Source of the DNA: Alphaproteobacteria bacterium | GTDB taxonomy: Bacteria > Pseudomonadota > Alphaproteobacteria > UBA828 | Length of the DNA stretch: 64,000 bases | Assembly: GCA_965214705.1 (NCBI GenBank) | Contig: CBDCCI010000002.1 | Location: 1,760,001 to 1,824,000, forward strand | Reading direction: 5' to 3' | Shown: positions 60,693-64,000 of the stretch, piece after piece | Position numbering within the stretch: the first letter of the stretch is position 1 | Layout of the letters: every line of letters begins with the position of its first letter | Notes under the pieces: generated by a model | Told to the model about the DNA's origin: nothing | The model's database searches: none | Seen by the model: only the letters and a program-made list of their open reading frames with translations | Made by a program: the position numbers and the translations under genes

Positions 60693-61847
60693 CTATCCGG
60701 CGACCGGTGCGCCGGCCAGGCGGTTAGCGGGGACGAGGACGCGGCCTTCCATCAGGCGGCGCGCGGTGCGGATCACGGTGAGGCGGGCGATGCGGGGTGG
60801 GTCGGCGGCGGCGAAATCGACCGCGACCTCGGCGACGCCGGAAGGATGGCCGAGGCGGACGGGGGTCTCGTCGGCCGTGCCGGGGCGGGCGGCCTCGGCG
60901 GCGAGGGTGCCGGGGATGTGCGCGGCCGCGGCCAGCGCGAGCGCGGCGGTGAGCGGCAGCGCCCGGTGCGGACGGCCCATGGAAATTGCCCGCGTCGTGA
61001 GATCGACCGAGTCGGCCGCGAGGCGCGCGCCGCTCAGCGTCGTCGCGTCCGCAGGAGAGGCGACGAAGGCGACCTTGGGTACGCTCTCTGTCTCCGGCGC
61101 GAGCCTCATGGCGGCGGCGCCGGCACGGCGGATCGCCGCCAGCCGCGCGGCCAGGGCGGGGTCGGCTTCGATGACGCCGGGCAGCTCGACCCCGGTCAGG
61201 CCTAGGGCGTCGGCGCGGACGATGACCAAGGCGGTCGATGCGTCGATCAGCGTGGCCTCGATCGGGCCTTCGCCCGGCACATCGAGCATGTCGCGGACGT
61301 GGCCCGTCGGCAGCAGGCAGCCGGTGACGGCGCCGCCCGGCTCCAGGAAGGAGAGGCCGATGGGCGCGCCCTGGCCTGCGACGCCGTCGAGCACCGTCTC
61401 GCCGTCGGTCGCCGCGCGGCCGTTCGCAACCTGGAAACGCGCCTCGATCCGTTGATCCAGATTGCAGTTGTGCAGGGTGAGGGCGGCCTCGCCGTCCGCC
61501 GCCGGCACCAGCCCTTCGTCCACGGCAAACGGCCCGACGGCGGCGCTGAGGTTGCCGCAGTTGCTGCGGTAATCGACGCGTGCCTTCTCCACCGCCACCT
61601 GGCCGAAGAGATAGTCGATATCGACGCCGGGGCGTGTGCTCCGGCTCACCACCACCACCTTGCTGAGCGACGAGATGCCGCCGCCCATGCCGTCGAGCTG
61701 GCGGCCGTAGGGGTCGGGGCTGCCGAGCGCGGCGAGGAAGAGCGCGTCCCATTCGGCGCGCGCTGCCGGCAGGTCGCGGCGGTGGAAGAAGAGACCCTTG
61801 CTGGTGCCGCCCCGCATGAAGACGGCGGGGAGCGCGATCTGGCTCAC
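60693..61847 (-). CDS. prpF: PrpF-family isomerase
   Basis: MRGGTSKG, GSPDPYGRQLDGMGGG.SSLSK, NCGN, RTARRLMEG. Confidence 0.93.
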   Translation of the reverse strand: MSQIALPAVFMRGGTSKGLFFHRRDLPAARAEWDALFLAALGSPDPYGRQLDGMGGGISSLSKVVVVSRSTRPGVDIDYLFGQVAVEKARVDYRSNCGNLSAAVGPFAVDEGLVPAADGEAALTLHNCNLDQRIEARFQVANGRAATDGETVLDGVAGQGAPIGLSFLEPGGAVTGCLLPTGHVRDMLDVPGEGPIEATLIDASTALVIVRADALGLTGVELPGVIEADPALAARLAAIRRAGAAAMRLAPETESVPKVAFVASPADATTLSGARLAADSVDLTTRAISMGRPHRALPLTAALALAAAAHIPGTLAAEAARPGTADETPVRLGHPSGVAEVAVDFAAADPPRIARLTVIRTARRLMEGRVLVPANRLAGAPVAG

Positions 61848-61857
61848 GTCGGGCTCG

Positions 61858-63330
61858 TCACGGGCGGTTCTTGCGCGCCGCCGCGTCGAGGCCCGCGATC
61901 CGGCCGAAGACCGCGCCGCGCATCACCGAGGTGGAGCCGGTGTAGGTGCGGTAGTAGAGGCCGGCGGTCTCGCCTGCCGCGTAGAGGCCGGGGATGGTCT
62001 CGCCGTCGGTGTTGAGCACCTGGGCCGCCGGGTTGATCTTGAGGCCGCCGAAGGTGAAGCAGTTGGCGGCGATGATCGGCCAGGCGCGGTAGGGCGGCCG
62101 GTCCACGGGGCGCGCCCAGTTGGACTTGCGGGGCACGAGGCCGTCGGTGCCGAGGCCGTCGAGGGCGAGGGGGGTGAAGCCGTCCTCGGGCCGGCAAGCG
62201 GCGTTGTAGTCGCCGAGGGTGCGCGCGAGTCCTTCGCCGTCGATACCGAGGGCCTGGGCCAGCGCCGCCGGGGTCTCCGCCTCCACCGGCGGCCGGTCCG
62301 TGCGCACGGACTTCTGCCAGTTGGGCACGTCGTCGAGTCGGGCGTCGGTGATGGCGAAGGCGATGCCCTCCGTCTGCGCCATCATCCGGCGCGAGGCGGC
62401 CTCGTAGCTCGCGTCCACGGTCGCCGGCGCCTCGTCGACGAAGCGGCGGCCCTCGCGGTTTACCAAGATGCCGTAAGGATAGTTCAGCACCACGGGCTCG
62501 TGTTGGCCGGAGCGGGGGTCTACCGGCTGGGCGTGGAAGCTGCCGTAGTCGCCGCAGGGGGCGGCGCCGATCTCCAGCGCCATGCGGATGCCTTCGCCCC
62601 GGTTGTAGTAGCCGCCGCGCGCGACCGGGCGAATGAACTGGCTCTGCGGGCCGAGATAGCGGCTCAGCATCTCGGGGTTGCCCTCGAAGCCGCCGGAGGC
62701 CAGCACCACCGCACGCGCGGTGAGGCGCGTGGTGCGGTTGCGGGCGCCGGTCGCCTCGATGCCGGTGACGCGGCCCGTCTCGTCCTGGGTGAGGCGGCGC
62801 GCCGTGGTCTCGTAGTGGATGGCGATGCGGTCCGGCACGGTCTCGGCATGGGCCGCGAGCGCCTCCACCAGGGCGAGGCCGCCGCCGGCCGGCGCCATGC
62901 GGGTCGTGCTCTCGGTGATGAAGTAGTTGGGCAGGAAGTCGAACGCGACGCCGAAGCCGGTGAGCCAGCGGAGCGTGGACCCGGCGTTGTCCGCAAGCGT
63001 CGCGACCAGCTCGGGATCGACGAAGCCGAGGCCGCGCAGGAGCCTGGGCCACTCGTCGTAGGGCCTGACGCTGTCCCCGATCACGGCGGGGTCGAGGTGG
63101 CCGCCCGCGTTCTCGGCGAAGCGCTCCAGAAAATCCTCGGAGACCTCGTCGTGGCTCCGCATGCGCCAGAAGGATTCGGTGTAGCGGGTGTTGCCGCCGC
63201 GCTCCTCCCTGGGCGCGCGCTCCAGCAGCGCGACGCGGGCGCCGGCCTGCTGGGCGCTGACGGCGGCGGACAGGCCGGCGATGCCGCAGCCCACCACGAT
63301 CGCGTCGTAGCCGTCGTCCCCGCTCGCCAC
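61858..63330 (-). CDS. FAD-dependent oxidoreductase, tricarballylate dehydrogenase TcuA-like
   Basis: VG.G.AG, RGGNTRYT, LASGGFEGN, FTFGGL, GLYAAGE..GLYY..Y.G.TS. Confidence 0.85.
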   Translation of the reverse strand: MASGDDGYDAIVVGCGIAGLSAAVSAQQAGARVALLERAPREERGGNTRYTESFWRMRSHDEVSEDFLERFAENAGGHLDPAVIGDSVRPYDEWPRLLRGLGFVDPELVATLADNAGSTLRWLTGFGVAFDFLPNYFITESTTRMAPAGGGLALVEALAAHAETVPDRIAIHYETTARRLTQDETGRVTGIEATGARNRTTRLTARAVVLASGGFEGNPEMLSRYLGPQSQFIRPVARGGYYNRGEGIRMALEIGAAPCGDYGSFHAQPVDPRSGQHEPVVLNYPYGILVNREGRRFVDEAPATVDASYEAASRRMMAQTEGIAFAITDARLDDVPNWQKSVRTDRPPVEAETPAALAQALGIDGEGLARTLGDYNAACRPEDGFTPLALDGLGTDGLVPRKSNWARPVDRPPYRAWPIIAANCFTFGGLKINPAAQVLNTDGETIPGLYAAGETAGLYYRTYTGSTSVMRGAVFGRIAGLDAAARKNRP

Positions 63331-63420
63331 GTCCCCGCGTGTCCCATCTTGTCCCGGCGTTTGCGGCCGGGCGCCCGGCTATCTAACGTGCGCGCGCACG
63401 CACGGCAATGCGGGGGCGGG

Positions 63421-64000
63421 ATGACGGACGGTATCGGCGCGGCGGAGCGGCGGATGGAGGACGAGCGCTTCCTCACCGGGCGCGGGCGCTATCTCGACGA
63501 TCTCGCGCTGCCGCGCCAGGCTTGGGGGTGCGTGGTGCGCTCGCCCCACGCCCACGCCGAGCTGGGCGCGATCGACGCGCGCGCCGCGGCGGTGATGCCG
63601 GGGGTGCTTGCGGTCTACACCGCCGCCGATCTGGCCGAGGCCGGGATCGGGGCGATTCCCTGCGTGATGGCGCCCAAAGGTGCCGACGGCAGCGAGAGCG
63701 CGACTCCGCCCCGCCCGGTGCTCGCGGCGGGACGGGTTCGCGTGGTGGGCGATCCGGTCGCCTTCGTGGTGGCGGAGAGCACCGCCGAGGCGCAAGAGGC
63801 GGCCGAGGCGGTCACTGTCGATTACCGGCCACTGCCCGCGGTCACGGATGCCGAGGCCGCGCTGCGCGAGGACGTGCCCGAACTTCACGCCGAAGCGCCG
63901 GGCAATCTCTGCCTCGACTGGGAGCTGGGCGACCGGGCGGCGACGGAAGCGGCGCTGGCCAAAGCGGCCCACCGGGTGAGCCTGGAGAGCCTCAACCCGC
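63421..64000 (+). CDS. Xanthine dehydrogenase/CoxL-family molybdopterin-binding subunit (partial)
   Basis: Manual translation MTDGIGAAERRMEDERFLTGRGRYLDD..VRSPHAHA..VRVVGDPVAFVVAE; runs off the right edge. Confidence 0.92.
   Translation, partial: MTDGIGAAERRMEDERFLTGRGRYLDDLALPRQAWGCVVRSPHAHAELGAIDARAAAVMPGVLAVYTAADLAEAGIGAIPCVMAPKGADGSESATPPRPVLAAGRVRVVGDPVAFVVAESTAEAQEAAEAVTVDYRPLPAVTDAEAALREDVPELHAEAPGNLCLDWELGDRAATEAALAKAAHRVSLESLNP

Noticed and set aside
1-64000. tRNA or rRNA genes
   Set aside because: None recognised by eye; tRNAscan/Infernal not run.

Overview
High-GC, probably alphaproteobacterial DNA (gene order mutY-dciA-dsbA-smc-atpIBEF'F) in two halves. Positions 1-36085 are a nest of mobile elements: a type IIG R-M gene missing its own start and joined in frame to an ISAs1 transposase fragment, a DUF4338-ISAs1 fusion, and two IS1111-type IS110 elements whose downstream non-coding regions carry guide-like 7-mers matching their own insertion sites. 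The same half holds three tyrosine-integrase + IS91-like HUH transposase elements with shared terminal architecture (one carries an ORF-less group II intron), two IS66, two IS1634, one ISKra4, a truncated RIT element next to a toprim gene, and a Slam + TbpB-like lipoprotein pair whose 704-aa lipoprotein gene is split by three IS. Positions 36086-64000 are chromosomal backbone (guaA, aminotransferase, mutY, dciA, an orphan DNA MTase, dsbA, smc, F0 ATP synthase, catabolic genes). Junctions, TSDs and reading frames were read by eye. Family assignments come from recognised motifs, not database searches.
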